Position numbers and translations under genes: made by a program | The notes under the pieces: generated by a model | What the model was told of the DNA's origin: nothing | Databases searched by the model: none | Seen by the model: only the letters and a program-made list of their open reading frames with translations | Shown: in pieces, positions 20,048 through 30,153 of the stretch | How positions within the stretch are numbered: the stretch's first letter is position 1 | How the letters are laid out: each line of letters begins with the position of its first letter | Assembly (NCBI GenBank): GCA_964437465.1 | Contig: CAYTGI010000003.1 | Span: 5,731-69,730 of the forward strand | Source: an uncultured Candidatus Saccharibacteria bacterium | GTDB taxonomy: Bacteria > Patescibacteriota > Dojkabacteria > J137 | Reading direction: 5' to 3' | Length of the DNA stretch: 64,000 nucleotides

Positions 20048-21211
20048 ATGAAAAGAAAAATTATCATTACAGGGGGACATTCAACACCTGCTTTCGCAGT
20101 TTTAAATGAGCTACAAAGACATAGTGATTTGAAGGTTGTATGGGTGGGAGAAAAGTTTAATCAGTTGGGAAATAAAAATCCTTCTGCTGAATACACAACC
20201 GTTAAAGAAAAGTATAAAATCCGATTTATTAATCTTAAGTCAGGGAAATTAGTTAGAAAGTGGAATGCAGAAAATGCTGCTCATGGCCTATTCCAGTTAT
20301 TTAGACTTGTCGTTGGAAGCCTAAAAGCTTTATGTATAATTTTAACAGTTCGGCCAAGATTAATTTTATCTTTTGGAGGGTTTACAGCAGTCCCAATAGT
20401 GTTTTGGGCACATTTCTTTGGAATTAGAGTTATTACCCATGAACAAACCTTAGTTCCAGGCCTTGCAAATAAAATTATTGCAAAGTACGCAGATAAAATT
20501 CTTTTAAGTTGGTCAAGAGCTGCTCACGGTTTTCCAGAAAAAAAACTAATTCTAACTGGAAATCCCATTAGAGAAGAAGTTTTCCAAATTCAGTCAAATA
20601 TAACTGCAAACTTTGATGAGAATTTGCCCATTATCTACATTACTGGAGGAAACCAAGGGGCTCATGAAATCAACTCAAGAGTTTTTGCAATAATTAAAGA
20701 CCTTCTAGATATCGCTAATGTTATTCACCAGACAGGAAATTCAACTGTCACAAAGGACTATGAGAAAGCATTAGGGATTTGGGAAGAATTAGAAGATTAT
20801 AAAAAAGCAAGATATATTGTAAGATCCTACATGGGACCAGAAGTAATTGGTGAAGTTATGAATAGATCTGATCTAATAGTTTCCAGAGCTGGGGCAAATA
20901 CAATTACAGAGATCTTAGCTCTAGGTAAACATAGCATCTTAATTCCAATTCCATGGTCTTCTGGAAATGAACAAGAGGAGAATGCACAGTTAGTTGCTGA
21001 CGTAGGCCTTGCTTTAAGACTTACACAAAATGAAGAACTTGAGCCGATGGATTTGTATAATGCTATTGTTGATGGTTTAGATAGAGTTGAGAGAGGACTT
21101 GGTTTTAGAGGTAGAGATATGAAAAAGGTAAAAGAAGATGCTTCAAGCTTGGTTAAGCTAGATGCGGCTGATCTAGTGACTCAGGTCGTTCTAAAGATGG
21201 CTTACTCTTAA
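20048..21211 (+). CDS. murG: Lipid II GlcNAc transferase MurG
   Basis: ITGGHSTPA, FGGF.AVP, HEQT..PGLAN, TGNPIR, GGNQG, SRAGA.T, EQ..NA. Confidence 0.94.
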   Translation: MKRKIIITGGHSTPAFAVLNELQRHSDLKVVWVGEKFNQLGNKNPSAEYTTVKEKYKIRFINLKSGKLVRKWNAENAAHGLFQLFRLVVGSLKALCIILTVRPRLILSFGGFTAVPIVFWAHFFGIRVITHEQTLVPGLANKIIAKYADKILLSWSRAAHGFPEKKLILTGNPIREEVFQIQSNITANFDENLPIIYITGGNQGAHEINSRVFAIIKDLLDIANVIHQTGNSTVTKDYEKALGIWEELEDYKKARYIVRSYMGPEVIGEVMNRSDLIVSRAGANTITEILALGKHSILIPIPWSSGNEQEENAQLVADVGLALRLTQNEELEPMDLYNAIVDGLDRVERGLGFRGRDMKKVKEDASSLVKLDAADLVTQVVLKMAYS

Positions 21212-22277
21212 ATTTTTTAATCAAGTAATATTGAAACATAAGAATTACACAAATTGCTAAAACTATATAGTTCAGCAATAAGAAAGGATTTAAGATGCCG
21301 TCTACTAATGTTCCAAGAGCATTTTGAAAGTTATCTCTAAATTCATTATTTATAAAATTAAACTCATTTTCAGGCAGGTTTAATACGAAATTCTGTAAGA
21401 TAAGCACAATTATTACTGTTAATCCAGTCTGAATTAATACAGCCCTACCCAGTATCTTTAAAGATCTACTTAGATCTTTTCGATTATTTATAATAAACAT
21501 AACTACTAACAGTACTAAGAAAAGCAATAGATAATTTAAAACAACTTCAGTCGATCGATAAGCATCTTGTAGAAATACTAATGATCTAGAAATGTTAGAT
21601 ATTAATTCAGGATTTGTATCAAAAGCTATTAATAGTTCTCCTATTTTTGAATTATTTTGAATATTTAAAACCGAGTTAGAAATATCTGTATAATCAAGAG
21701 ATTGGATTTCTGAATCAATTCCTTCAGGAAGACAATCTAAAGTTGTCGGTACTCCATTGGATAAATTAACTTGTATTTCAAATTGTCTTTCATTTGAGCA
21801 GATAGGAAACTCAGCAACTTTGTTACCTAGATCTCTTTGTAAGTTAGGTACTGTGTTATCAATTCTTTCAGCAATTTTTTCTGAGGGGAAGAAGATTAGG
21901 AAATCAGCAGCTTCGAATTTTACATATTCAATTAACCTATCGATATTAGTATCTACAATCTCTTGGGTTAGGGCAGGATCAAGAAAACTAATTATGCCTT
22001 CTTGAACTATAGGTAGAAATTCTGAAGTTATTGGAGATACATCAACTAACTCACTATTTCCTCCAGCAAGACTAGAGGAAATTAATCTTTCAATCTCTTC
22101 GCTATTTTCTTCTCCAATATATTCTGGAATATCAGAATAAAGTCCACTCTCTTCTATAGTGTTTTTATATAAATCTCCATCTCTTAGGGCATAAAATAAA
22201 CCTGCTAGGGGTGTCAGAGTACTAAGCAATAACAAAATTATTGAAATTAGAAAGCCGTTAACGATTTTCTTCATCAC
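21153..22277 (-). CDS. Hypothetical multi-pass membrane protein
   Basis: One N-terminal and three C-terminal TMs around an extracellular domain with two Cys. Confidence 0.65.
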   Translation of the reverse strand: MMKKIVNGFLISIILLLLSTLTPLAGLFYALRDGDLYKNTIEESGLYSDIPEYIGEENSEEIERLISSSLAGGNSELVDVSPITSEFLPIVQEGIISFLDPALTQEIVDTNIDRLIEYVKFEAADFLIFFPSEKIAERIDNTVPNLQRDLGNKVAEFPICSNERQFEIQVNLSNGVPTTLDCLPEGIDSEIQSLDYTDISNSVLNIQNNSKIGELLIAFDTNPELISNISRSLVFLQDAYRSTEVVLNYLLLFLVLLVVMFIINNRKDLSRSLKILGRAVLIQTGLTVIIVLILQNFVLNLPENEFNFINNEFRDNFQNALGTLVDGILNPFLLLNYIVLAICVILMFQYYLIKKFKSKPSLERPESLDQPHLA

Positions 22278-22323
22278 TCTGATTATATTGAAATTAATAT
22301 CGATTTGAAAGCATTAATCTCAT

Positions 22324-23688
22324 TTATACATAATAAAACTTAGACTTCTTGAAATCATTTAAAATCTCTTCTTTATCATAAGGGCTTACAAACCATATTC
22401 TTGGTTTACTTTTGTTTAAAAACTTTTGAATAAATAGCTTTAATTCTTCTATCTGAAGTTCTTTCAATGCTTTATTCCCTTTTTTATAGTCATAATACAT
22501 GTAAGGTGAATTATCTAATGCTTCTACACCAAATCTTTCTGCATAATCATCAATAATAACTTCGTTACTTCTAAATATATGGTTGCTAATTATATTATTA
22601 AACCATGTTTTTCCATACTCGCTGTTAAAAAAATCTTCTACTCTGTTATAAATTGCATCGTAAGATGCATTTAATGTCTTTATTAAATTATCTCTATCAC
22701 AGGTAAACTTAAATCCTCTAATTTTTTGATCTATGCCAAATGTTACATCATATGTGTCTGCGCCGTAAATAAGCTGTTGTTCTTCTCTTAGAAATTGGTG
22801 ATTAATCTGCCAAAAGAACGAATTCAGTAGTATTGTCATTTTATTTTCTTTATATTCTATCTCTTCTGGGAGTGAATAATAGAAGCCAATTGAAATAAAA
22901 ACTCCACTCATGTTTTCTTCTTTAAAATGGTCGTAATCAAATTCTTGTTCAACATTAACTTTGTTTATTCTATGTTTTCTTCCTGATTTTTTTATATTAG
23001 AATATCTTTCTACTAGCTTTAATTCCTGTTCATCTAGTATTGTGGGTGACTGAATAGTCAGAATTAGATTTTCACTAGATATTATTGCGTTCTTATATTT
23101 TATTAAATCATTAACAGAAATTTTTTTAATACTGTCTTTTGTTCCGATTACTCTTTCTCCTCTATAAGAATAATACTTGCTAATGAATTTTCGTTCGTAC
23201 TGTAAATCTGGATCTCTATCTTCTTTATTATATCTTTCCAGTTCACCTAAAATTATCCCTCTTTCTTTTTCTATATAGTCTTGAATTTTACTGTCAGGAA
23301 AATTAATTATTCCCCAGAAATATCTTAAAATTCTTTTGGATGCTTTTTTATTACCATTCCCGTAGAAATATATGTATTTGAAAGATGTTGAGGCGTTAGC
23401 GCTAAAACCAGCTCTGTATTTAGTTCCAAACACAAAACCATCAAACTTATCTTTATCTGGAATATAGTCATTAGGATTACCGAACATTACATGTTCAAGA
23501 AAGTGCGCTGTACCATGAGGTACTCCAATTTCAGTTTCAAAAGCACTACCACCAGCGCATACAATTGAGAAATTAAATTCTATACTTTTAGGATTTATTG
23601 AATGTATTAATTCAAGACCATTCTTAAACACATATCTCCTGTTTTCTACTTTGAGGTTAAAGTCTTTCCACTTTTTTATTAGTTTCAT
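22324..23688 (-). CDS. M16-family zinc peptidase
   Basis: GTAHFLEH inverted zincin motif, NASTS, EKERGIILGE. Confidence 0.88.
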   Translation of the reverse strand: MKLIKKWKDFNLKVENRRYVFKNGLELIHSINPKSIEFNFSIVCAGGSAFETEIGVPHGTAHFLEHVMFGNPNDYIPDKDKFDGFVFGTKYRAGFSANASTSFKYIYFYGNGNKKASKRILRYFWGIINFPDSKIQDYIEKERGIILGELERYNKEDRDPDLQYERKFISKYYSYRGERVIGTKDSIKKISVNDLIKYKNAIISSENLILTIQSPTILDEQELKLVERYSNIKKSGRKHRINKVNVEQEFDYDHFKEENMSGVFISIGFYYSLPEEIEYKENKMTILLNSFFWQINHQFLREEQQLIYGADTYDVTFGIDQKIRGFKFTCDRDNLIKTLNASYDAIYNRVEDFFNSEYGKTWFNNIISNHIFRSNEVIIDDYAERFGVEALDNSPYMYYDYKKGNKALKELQIEELKLFIQKFLNKSKPRIWFVSPYDKEEILNDFKKSKFYYV

Positions 23689-23732
23689 ATTTTTGATGAT
23701 ACCATGAAAAAGAGATACACTAACAAATCTAC

Positions 23733-25706
23733 TTACTCTACACTAGTATCTCTAAACTCACCGAGTTTAGCGAGATCGTCCGGATTTGTAGTTATTAGAT
23801 TATGTTCATTTTCACTTGCAACAACCTGAATAGCAACATGGTTAGCGCCCGCAAAGAAAATACCCTGACCTATTCCTGCTGAAAGTAAGAAAGACTTTTC
23901 TCCTTCAGTTAAATAGAAAACTTTTTGAAGTTTGTCTATCGCAGCTGGAGCCTGTTTTAAAAGAATCTGCATTGAAGCATTATTAACAATCGCCTTACCA
24001 TAATCTGAACTTAAGAAGTCATCTACGTCTTGTGTAATTGTAGTAAGACCTAATCCATATTTCCTAGCCCTTTTAGCGATTTGATATACAAAATAGGCAG
24101 CATCTTCATACTGCATCATAATCCATGCCTCGTCTATAATTAATAACCTCTTTCTTTTATCTTTCTTGATCTTAGTCCATATAAAATCAAGCATTGAGTA
24201 CATCGCCATAGGTCTTAGATCAGGGGTTAAGTCTCTAATACTAAAAGCTGTAAAAGTATTATGGATATCGATGGTAGATTTTTGATCAAAAACACCAGCT
24301 GCACTACCTTTAATGTACCTTTCAAGCCTTCTAGCCATCGAATGAGCTTCTTCTTCAGCCATTGCGTTAAGAACCTTATATAGATCTTCTAGTAGAGGAG
24401 GTTCATTAGCATGAGTAGATTTATCAGGGGTAATTCCTTTCTCAGAATAAGTAAGAATTATAGCTCTATCTAAAATAGCTGCTTCCTCTCCTGTAAGTTG
24501 GCCTCCTAGCATTATTCTAATAAGTCCCGAAACAGATCTAATCTTAAATCTTAATTCATCCTCATCTTGATCGTAGAGTCCTGATAACTCAAAAGGGTTA
24601 AGTTTTTGTTCTCCGTCCTGAGAAAACGATATGTATTCACCTCCAACAGCCTGACATAACCTATCGAACTCTTTTTCAGGGTCAATAATTATTATATCAA
24701 CACCAAGCATTAAAGATCTAACTGCCTCAAGCTTAACTGTGTAAGATTTACCAGAACCAGATGCAGCCAAAACAACTGAGTTTGCATTCGGCAAAGAAAA
24801 TCTATCAAAAATCACTAAAGAGTTATTGTGTAGATTAATTCCATATAGAACTCCTTTTTCCATTGTTAGCTCACTAGAGACAAATGGGAATGTACTTGCA
24901 ATAGCTGTCGTATCCAAGTTTCTAGTCATATTTATTTTATCCAAACCATACGGAATAGTTGTTTGGAAACATTCTTCCTGTTGTAAGGTTGCAACTTTTA
25001 TAATTAATCCAATTGTTGCTGCTGTCGATTCAAGATTTTTTGCAACTTGGTCTAGCTCATCCAATGTATCTGCGTGAATTGTTAAATACATTCCGTACTG
25101 GAAGAACTTCTCATTTCCAGCTGCTAGTTGTTGTTGTAAGTTAAGTGCGTCCTGCAGTTTTTGTTTAATTATTGGATCTCCTTGTTGACCAGCTTTGATT
25201 TCTAGGTTAATAGTAGCTTGAAATTCAGCAATTCTTCTTTTTAAAAGTTTAAGCATTTCAGTTGTATCTTTTGGATAGTAGAAAGTACTTATATCAATTG
25301 GATATTCAAAATTAATTAGTGGTTCTAGCCAATTAGGATTAACAATACTTGGATAATCTACCACGAAGTATGATCTAAAATATCTACTACCTATAACAAT
25401 ATTACTAAAGTTAACTTCAATAGCTGAAGGAGCAATTATATCCTTTACATCAATTAGACCACTAGCAAAATCTTGGATAGCTTTTTGTTCTTTTGATAAA
25501 GCTTGAGCCTCTTTGGAATTTACAGGTTGCTTACTCCTTTTTCCTGTAGAAAATTTTCTTCTTTGGTTATTAATTTTTTGACTTTGAAGTTGTGGATTTG
25601 CCCCTCTTTGAACTACCTGCATCCTTTGAGGTAACTGAGATTGTTGAGTATTACCTACCACTTCCTTTCCATTCTTTTTTGTCTTAAATATGTCAAAAAT
25701 TCCCAT
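23733..25706 (-). CDS. VirB4/TraC-like ATPase
   Basis: AASGSGKS Walker A, IIDPEKE, IIDEAW Walker B, RARKYG..TTITQ. Confidence 0.9.
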   Translation of the reverse strand: MGIFDIFKTKKNGKEVVGNTQQSQLPQRMQVVQRGANPQLQSQKINNQRRKFSTGKRSKQPVNSKEAQALSKEQKAIQDFASGLIDVKDIIAPSAIEVNFSNIVIGSRYFRSYFVVDYPSIVNPNWLEPLINFEYPIDISTFYYPKDTTEMLKLLKRRIAEFQATINLEIKAGQQGDPIIKQKLQDALNLQQQLAAGNEKFFQYGMYLTIHADTLDELDQVAKNLESTAATIGLIIKVATLQQEECFQTTIPYGLDKINMTRNLDTTAIASTFPFVSSELTMEKGVLYGINLHNNSLVIFDRFSLPNANSVVLAASGSGKSYTVKLEAVRSLMLGVDIIIIDPEKEFDRLCQAVGGEYISFSQDGEQKLNPFELSGLYDQDEDELRFKIRSVSGLIRIMLGGQLTGEEAAILDRAIILTYSEKGITPDKSTHANEPPLLEDLYKVLNAMAEEEAHSMARRLERYIKGSAAGVFDQKSTIDIHNTFTAFSIRDLTPDLRPMAMYSMLDFIWTKIKKDKRKRLLIIDEAWIMMQYEDAAYFVYQIAKRARKYGLGLTTITQDVDDFLSSDYGKAIVNNASMQILLKQAPAAIDKLQKVFYLTEGEKSFLLSAGIGQGIFFAGANHVAIQVVASENEHNLITTNPDDLAKLGEFRDTSVE

Positions 25707-25708
25707 TT

Positions 25709-26380
25709 TTAAATACTTATAATTCCTCTTTCAATATCTTGTTCTCTAAGGTTTAGTATTTCAAGTCCAGTTTGATCTGGCTCATACATAGAGTAATAAA
25801 GCTTAATTAGTTCATCATTTTGTAGTTGTCTAGCAGCTATTCCTAGATTACCAAACTGTTTAAGAATATGATCTCTTTTGGGAAATAGTTCTTCTTTTGC
25901 TTTAACAACTAGTTCTGAAATATTTACAATTTTCTTCTCTTTTCCCAGTAGCTGTCTCATCCATCCTGTTGTTATGATTGGAAGCCTATTCGTAGGTATT
26001 ATTGCATAAAAACGTTTATCTAAAACTTGAGTTGACTGAGTCAAGTTAGTTATAAAGTCCTGATATATAGATACTTGATTAATTATCGCATCACTTGTAA
26101 TTCGCATTTTGTACTTATCTAGTAATTTAAGATATTTTGCAATGTCAGTTCTTTGAGTTCTAATTACAATTTGAATTGGGAAGGTAATTGAATTTAAAAA
26201 TGCTGCAAAAGAACCAATCCTAGCATCCTGTTCTTTTCCATCCAAAAGATCAAAGTTTAAGGAGGTTGTCTCTATTACAACAGAAACTTTACCGTTTTTT
26301 AGAACAACTAAATCATCTCTTATATCTTCTACATCAAGGTGTTGTTGTGTACTTACTTTTTTTGGATCAAATATTCCCAT
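25709..26380 (-). CDS. Conserved partner of the VirB4-like ATPase
   Basis: STQQHLDVEDIRDDLVVLK, NFDLL...EQ, FLNSITFPIQI; 2 bp from the ATPase start. Confidence 0.7.
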   Translation of the reverse strand: MGIFDPKKVSTQQHLDVEDIRDDLVVLKNGKVSVVIETTSLNFDLLDGKEQDARIGSFAAFLNSITFPIQIVIRTQRTDIAKYLKLLDKYKMRITSDAIINQVSIYQDFITNLTQSTQVLDKRFYAIIPTNRLPIITTGWMRQLLGKEKKIVNISELVVKAKEELFPKRDHILKQFGNLGIAARQLQNDELIKLYYSMYEPDQTGLEILNLREQDIERGIISI

Positions 26381-26518
26381 AGTTTTAGATATTTTGCCTA
26401 TACTATCTTACAAGGTAGGGATAAGAGAATCAATTTTTAGTATATATGTGTCTCTAAATTGATTATGTTTTATATCTACTAGCTAGTTTCTTCAACTAGC
26501 AAAATAAAGAATAAGTAA

Positions 26519-26776
26519 CATGTGGGGTTTGCCTGCCGGCAGGCAGAGGGAGAATTCTCCTTGTTAAGCGTGCCTCAAAGAGTAACTGAGAGATAGGCTG
26601 GAATTCTTCCCAAAACTTTTTGGTACTTTTTAGTTATAAAAAGTACAGGGATAAGAAAAAGTTTATATACATACTTTTATGACTAAAAGTATGCAAAAGT
26701 CCTGGGGGCTTAGCAAGTCTAACTTACTCGCACGGTTGACTGCTAAGACCCCCAGACCCCAACTTCTCGTAAGTTT
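26519..26776. repeat. ~260-bp hairpin-rich intergenic element, copy 2 (inverted)
   Basis: Reverse complement of 10088-10348 with a few substitutions and small indels. Confidence 0.92.
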
Positions 26777-26872
26777 GTTATTGCTACTTTATTAGATATA
26801 AAACTAATTATTTTGTATACTCATTCAGTTTTAAGGTGACTTTGGGTCGCTTTGTTGCTATAATATGGTGTC

Positions 26873-27241
26873 ATGAGTATATTCGAGATTTTTAGAAAAA
26901 CAGAATCAGGTTCAAGTGAAGTGGGAAGCTTTGAGTGCGGTAGCGATTCCCTTACTAAAGCGTTTATTGATCTAACTTCTATGGTTGGGCTTTCTAATCC
27001 AAATTCGCTAGTTTCAACCTCACCTAAAGGTGTCTCAATAAGCAAGAAAGGAGATAAGTATATTATTAAGTTACTTATGTTTGATCCTCCTGTAGAACTT
27101 GAATGGAGCGATCTTACTCCATTGAACAAGCTATTTAATACTCTTAATTCAATTTCAGAAGAAGAAAGAGAGGTTGGGAGTGTTAGCTTTAAAAAACTAA
27201 ATACTGGGCATAAATTCTTTCAAATAGCTTTAGCTAAATAG
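26873..27241 (+). CDS. Hypothetical protein
   Basis: 122-aa ORF preceded by TGcTATAAT. Confidence 0.55.
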   Translation: MSIFEIFRKTESGSSEVGSFECGSDSLTKAFIDLTSMVGLSNPNSLVSTSPKGVSISKKGDKYIIKLLMFDPPVELEWSDLTPLNKLFNTLNSISEEEREVGSVSFKKLNTGHKFFQIALAK

Positions 27242-28442
27242 TTTTCTCTATTATTGCTACACTCTCTAAATGATAAGTATGTGGGAACATATCAAACCCA
27301 TTGATTTTCTTAATTTTGTACCCATGATTTTCTAATTCTTTAATATCCCTAGCTTGTGTTACAGGGTTGCACGAAATATAAACTATCTTTTTAGGATCAA
27401 AACTTAATACATTGTTTATCCCATTTTGTTCTAATCCAATTCTAGGTGGATCGACAATTAAAATTTGTTCTTTATGAACCTCTTCAATTAAGTCATTAGA
27501 ATTTAGGTCTTTCTGTATCATTGAATAGTTATAGGCTTTATTCAAATCAATGTTTTGTTTCGAGTATTTGATATTTTCAGAATCAATCTCATAACCAAAT
27601 ACTTTTTTAAACTGTTTTGAAAAAATAATACCAATAGTGCCAACACCTGCATAAAGGTCAATGAGATATTCACTATTCTTTTCTTTTAGCTCTTGAGTTA
27701 TGTAATCAATAATTTTTTCAAAGGTTTTTAGGTTATTCTGAAAAAAAGTGTTAACTCCTACATCAAATACAGAATCCTTAACTTTTACTCTTATATATTC
27801 TTTTCTTAAACTCTTAACAACATCTCCTTCAGATAGGTCAGTTAGTTTGGGTTGTTTAACTAAATTTATAGAACTAAATCCAAGTTCTTCTGCTTCCTTT
27901 AAAATATTTTTGTACTTTTCTGTGTTACCCTCTTTCGATACAAAAGAAATCATACTCTCATTTCCTTGAGCTTTTACAACAATGTATCTTAGATCTCCAG
28001 TGTGTTTTACTAAATCATATATCTCTATTCCTTCCGAGATTGCTAATTCAAAAAGTAGTCTTGCTTTTAAAAACCATTCTTTTTTAAAAAGTACTGGTTC
28101 CGACATATCAACAACCCAGTTGAATCTACCCGCTTTACGTTGTCCAAAACGATTATTTGGTTCATGAAATGGGTTATAACTACAAACATAATCCATTCTA
28201 AATCTATATTCATGGATAATATCTGATTTAGTAATGTTAATTTTATATTTGTTATTAAAAATTATATTTAATGCTTGGTTTTTAATAAATATTTGATCTT
28301 CATAATTTAAGTCTTCTAAAGGAATTGAACCTATTTGGCCAAAATAAAGAGAAGGTTGATCTTTTACTTTACCCTCTCTTCTAAGTTTATTTGCTGATTC
28401 TACTAAGAATTTTTTATAAGTTTTATTAGAATCTATTATCAT
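27234..28442 (-). CDS. RNA m5U methyltransferase, RlmD/TrmA family
   Basis: YRFRMDY, FFQNN, DLYAGVGTIG, VDPPR.G, YISCNP.T.ARD, DMFPHT.HLE. Confidence 0.92.
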   Translation of the reverse strand: MIIDSNKTYKKFLVESANKLRREGKVKDQPSLYFGQIGSIPLEDLNYEDQIFIKNQALNIIFNNKYKINITKSDIIHEYRFRMDYVCSYNPFHEPNNRFGQRKAGRFNWVVDMSEPVLFKKEWFLKARLLFELAISEGIEIYDLVKHTGDLRYIVVKAQGNESMISFVSKEGNTEKYKNILKEAEELGFSSINLVKQPKLTDLSEGDVVKSLRKEYIRVKVKDSVFDVGVNTFFQNNLKTFEKIIDYITQELKEKNSEYLIDLYAGVGTIGIIFSKQFKKVFGYEIDSENIKYSKQNIDLNKAYNYSMIQKDLNSNDLIEEVHKEQILIVDPPRIGLEQNGINNVLSFDPKKIVYISCNPVTQARDIKELENHGYKIKKINGFDMFPHTYHLESVAIIEKTI

Positions 28443-29122
28443 TACTTCAATTCTCCCACGTAGTATCTTTCTAATTGATCAAGAGCAGTTTGCAGCGAAC
28501 CGTGCTGATTATTAAAGATTACACTAGCATCAATCCCACACATACTTGCAATCTGCTCGTAACCTCCTGGATGAGTATTCGCCCAGCTTTCAGGGATATC
28601 GTAGACTTTGTCATCAACAACAGTAAGGCATCTTATAGACAAGTCATCTGCCTCATTAACTTCTGATATTGAAAAAGTCTGTAGAGTTGGCTCTAAGGAC
28701 ATAGATTCAGTCATATCAACAGTACCTACTAAGTAATCATTTAACTGACTTATTGCATTCTGACTATCTCCATGAACGTTATTAAAAGCACTTGAAGCAT
28801 CTATACCACACATGTCTGCAATTTGATCATATCCACCTGGATGGATATTTGCGTAACTTTCTGGAATTCTATAAACATTGTTATTAACAATAGTTAAGCA
28901 CTCAGTTTCTAAGTTATCGGCCTCTTCAATCTCATCAAGTGTAAATGCAGCTACAATTTCATTTTCTTGTTCGTTTTGGATTAGTTCAGCTGGGGGTGTA
29001 TCTTGTGTTTTAATTGGATCCTCTTCGGAGTTTTCTTTAAGAAGAGTAAATCCAAGGTATATTATTAGAATTAAAATAATTGCCCCTAATACAGGGTAGA
29101 CCAGTTTATATACAAAGTTCAT
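28442..29122 (-). CDS. Membrane-anchored protein with two cytochrome b5-like domains
   Basis: Two repeats of CLT.V...VY.I......HPGG...I..MCG.DAS..F...H. Confidence 0.85.
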   Translation of the reverse strand: MNFVYKLVYPVLGAIILILIIYLGFTLLKENSEEDPIKTQDTPPAELIQNEQENEIVAAFTLDEIEEADNLETECLTIVNNNVYRIPESYANIHPGGYDQIADMCGIDASSAFNNVHGDSQNAISQLNDYLVGTVDMTESMSLEPTLQTFSISEVNEADDLSIRCLTVVDDKVYDIPESWANTHPGGYEQIASMCGIDASVIFNNQHGSLQTALDQLERYYVGELK

Positions 29123-29178
29123 GAGAAAAATTTAAAAAGTACTAATGAAGTTTATAGAAAGAATTAAGCTCAATCAAA

Positions 29179-30153
29179 TTATGTTTTTTTTCTTCTTTTA
29201 TTGAACTTTTTCCAGGGCTGATTATTTGTTTCAGAACTAGCTTTATTTTCTTTAATTGTATTTTTATCTCTATCTTCTGTTTGAATTTTCTTATTTTTAT
29301 TACTAAAAAACTTTAGCTGTACTCTTAAAATAAATTGGATTGATGGTACAATAAGAAGCAAACTTGATGCTATAAAAATTCCAGGAATAACAAAATTTAC
29401 ACCCATCCCGAAAAATAAAGGAAAAATAATGAAGAATATAGCTATCATTAAATAATTCTTTATAAGATCACTGTTATCTCTAAGATTTTCAATTACATTA
29501 TTAATTGTGTGCTTAGCATTTCTCCTTGTTTGAAGCCAGCTTAAGCTAAACAATATTGAAGACCATATTCCTGCATTAGCAATTGTTAAAATGTCTATAT
29601 CTCTAACTTGGTAAAACCTTGATACTACGGATATTAATGTTAACTGTGAAATTACAGATAAAAATATAAGAAATAAATTCAAAGCAAGGACTTTTAACAA
29701 TGCAAAGTAACCTCCTTCAATTTTAGAGGATCTAAAAATGAAGTAGATGTTTCCAAGATTAATAGAAATGAAGAATAAAGACACCGCAGATATAACAGAT
29801 AATAGAACATCCTGCTGACTTCTTTCAGGTATAATTTCTGAGATTGTATAGTCTATTTCTGTATCAGTAATATATTCCTCAATACTGTTTTGTACCTCCT
29901 CAAAGCCTATGTTTTGAAAATAAATTTTCTCATTTTGTCTATCTATTCTCGTTACACCTACTGAAGTTTGAAAGTTTCTAAAAAAATCTTCGCTAATTTC
30001 ATTCTCTGAACTTAAGTTCACAATAATTTTTTCATTAAAATCAGAAAAGTAGAAAATATTATTAACTAGTAATGTTGGAATAGATAGAACCAGTAAAAAG
30101 CTAATAAATATTACTAATGCATTATTTTTTATTCTTTTAAGATTTTTATTCAT
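29179..30153 (-). CDS. Divergent SecF-like membrane protein
   Basis: TM + small soluble domain + ~5 TMs; overlaps the SecD-like gene; sequence motifs weak. Confidence 0.5.
   Translation of the reverse strand: MNKNLKRIKNNALVIFISFLLVLSIPTLLVNNIFYFSDFNEKIIVNLSSENEISEDFFRNFQTSVGVTRIDRQNEKIYFQNIGFEEVQNSIEEYITDTEIDYTISEIIPERSQQDVLLSVISAVSLFFISINLGNIYFIFRSSKIEGGYFALLKVLALNLFLIFLSVISQLTLISVVSRFYQVRDIDILTIANAGIWSSILFSLSWLQTRRNAKHTINNVIENLRDNSDLIKNYLMIAIFFIIFPLFFGMGVNFVIPGIFIASSLLLIVPSIQFILRVQLKFFSNKNKKIQTEDRDKNTIKENKASSETNNQPWKKFNKRRKKT

Noticed and set aside
10349-26518. Composite transposon bounded by the inverted 260-bp elements
   Set aside because: No transposase or target duplication; the interval carries core genes such as murG and tRNA-Gly.
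26821-27129. 102-aa minus-strand ORF
   Set aside because: Overlaps the plus-strand ORF at 26873, which has a promoter-like box and more protein-like composition.
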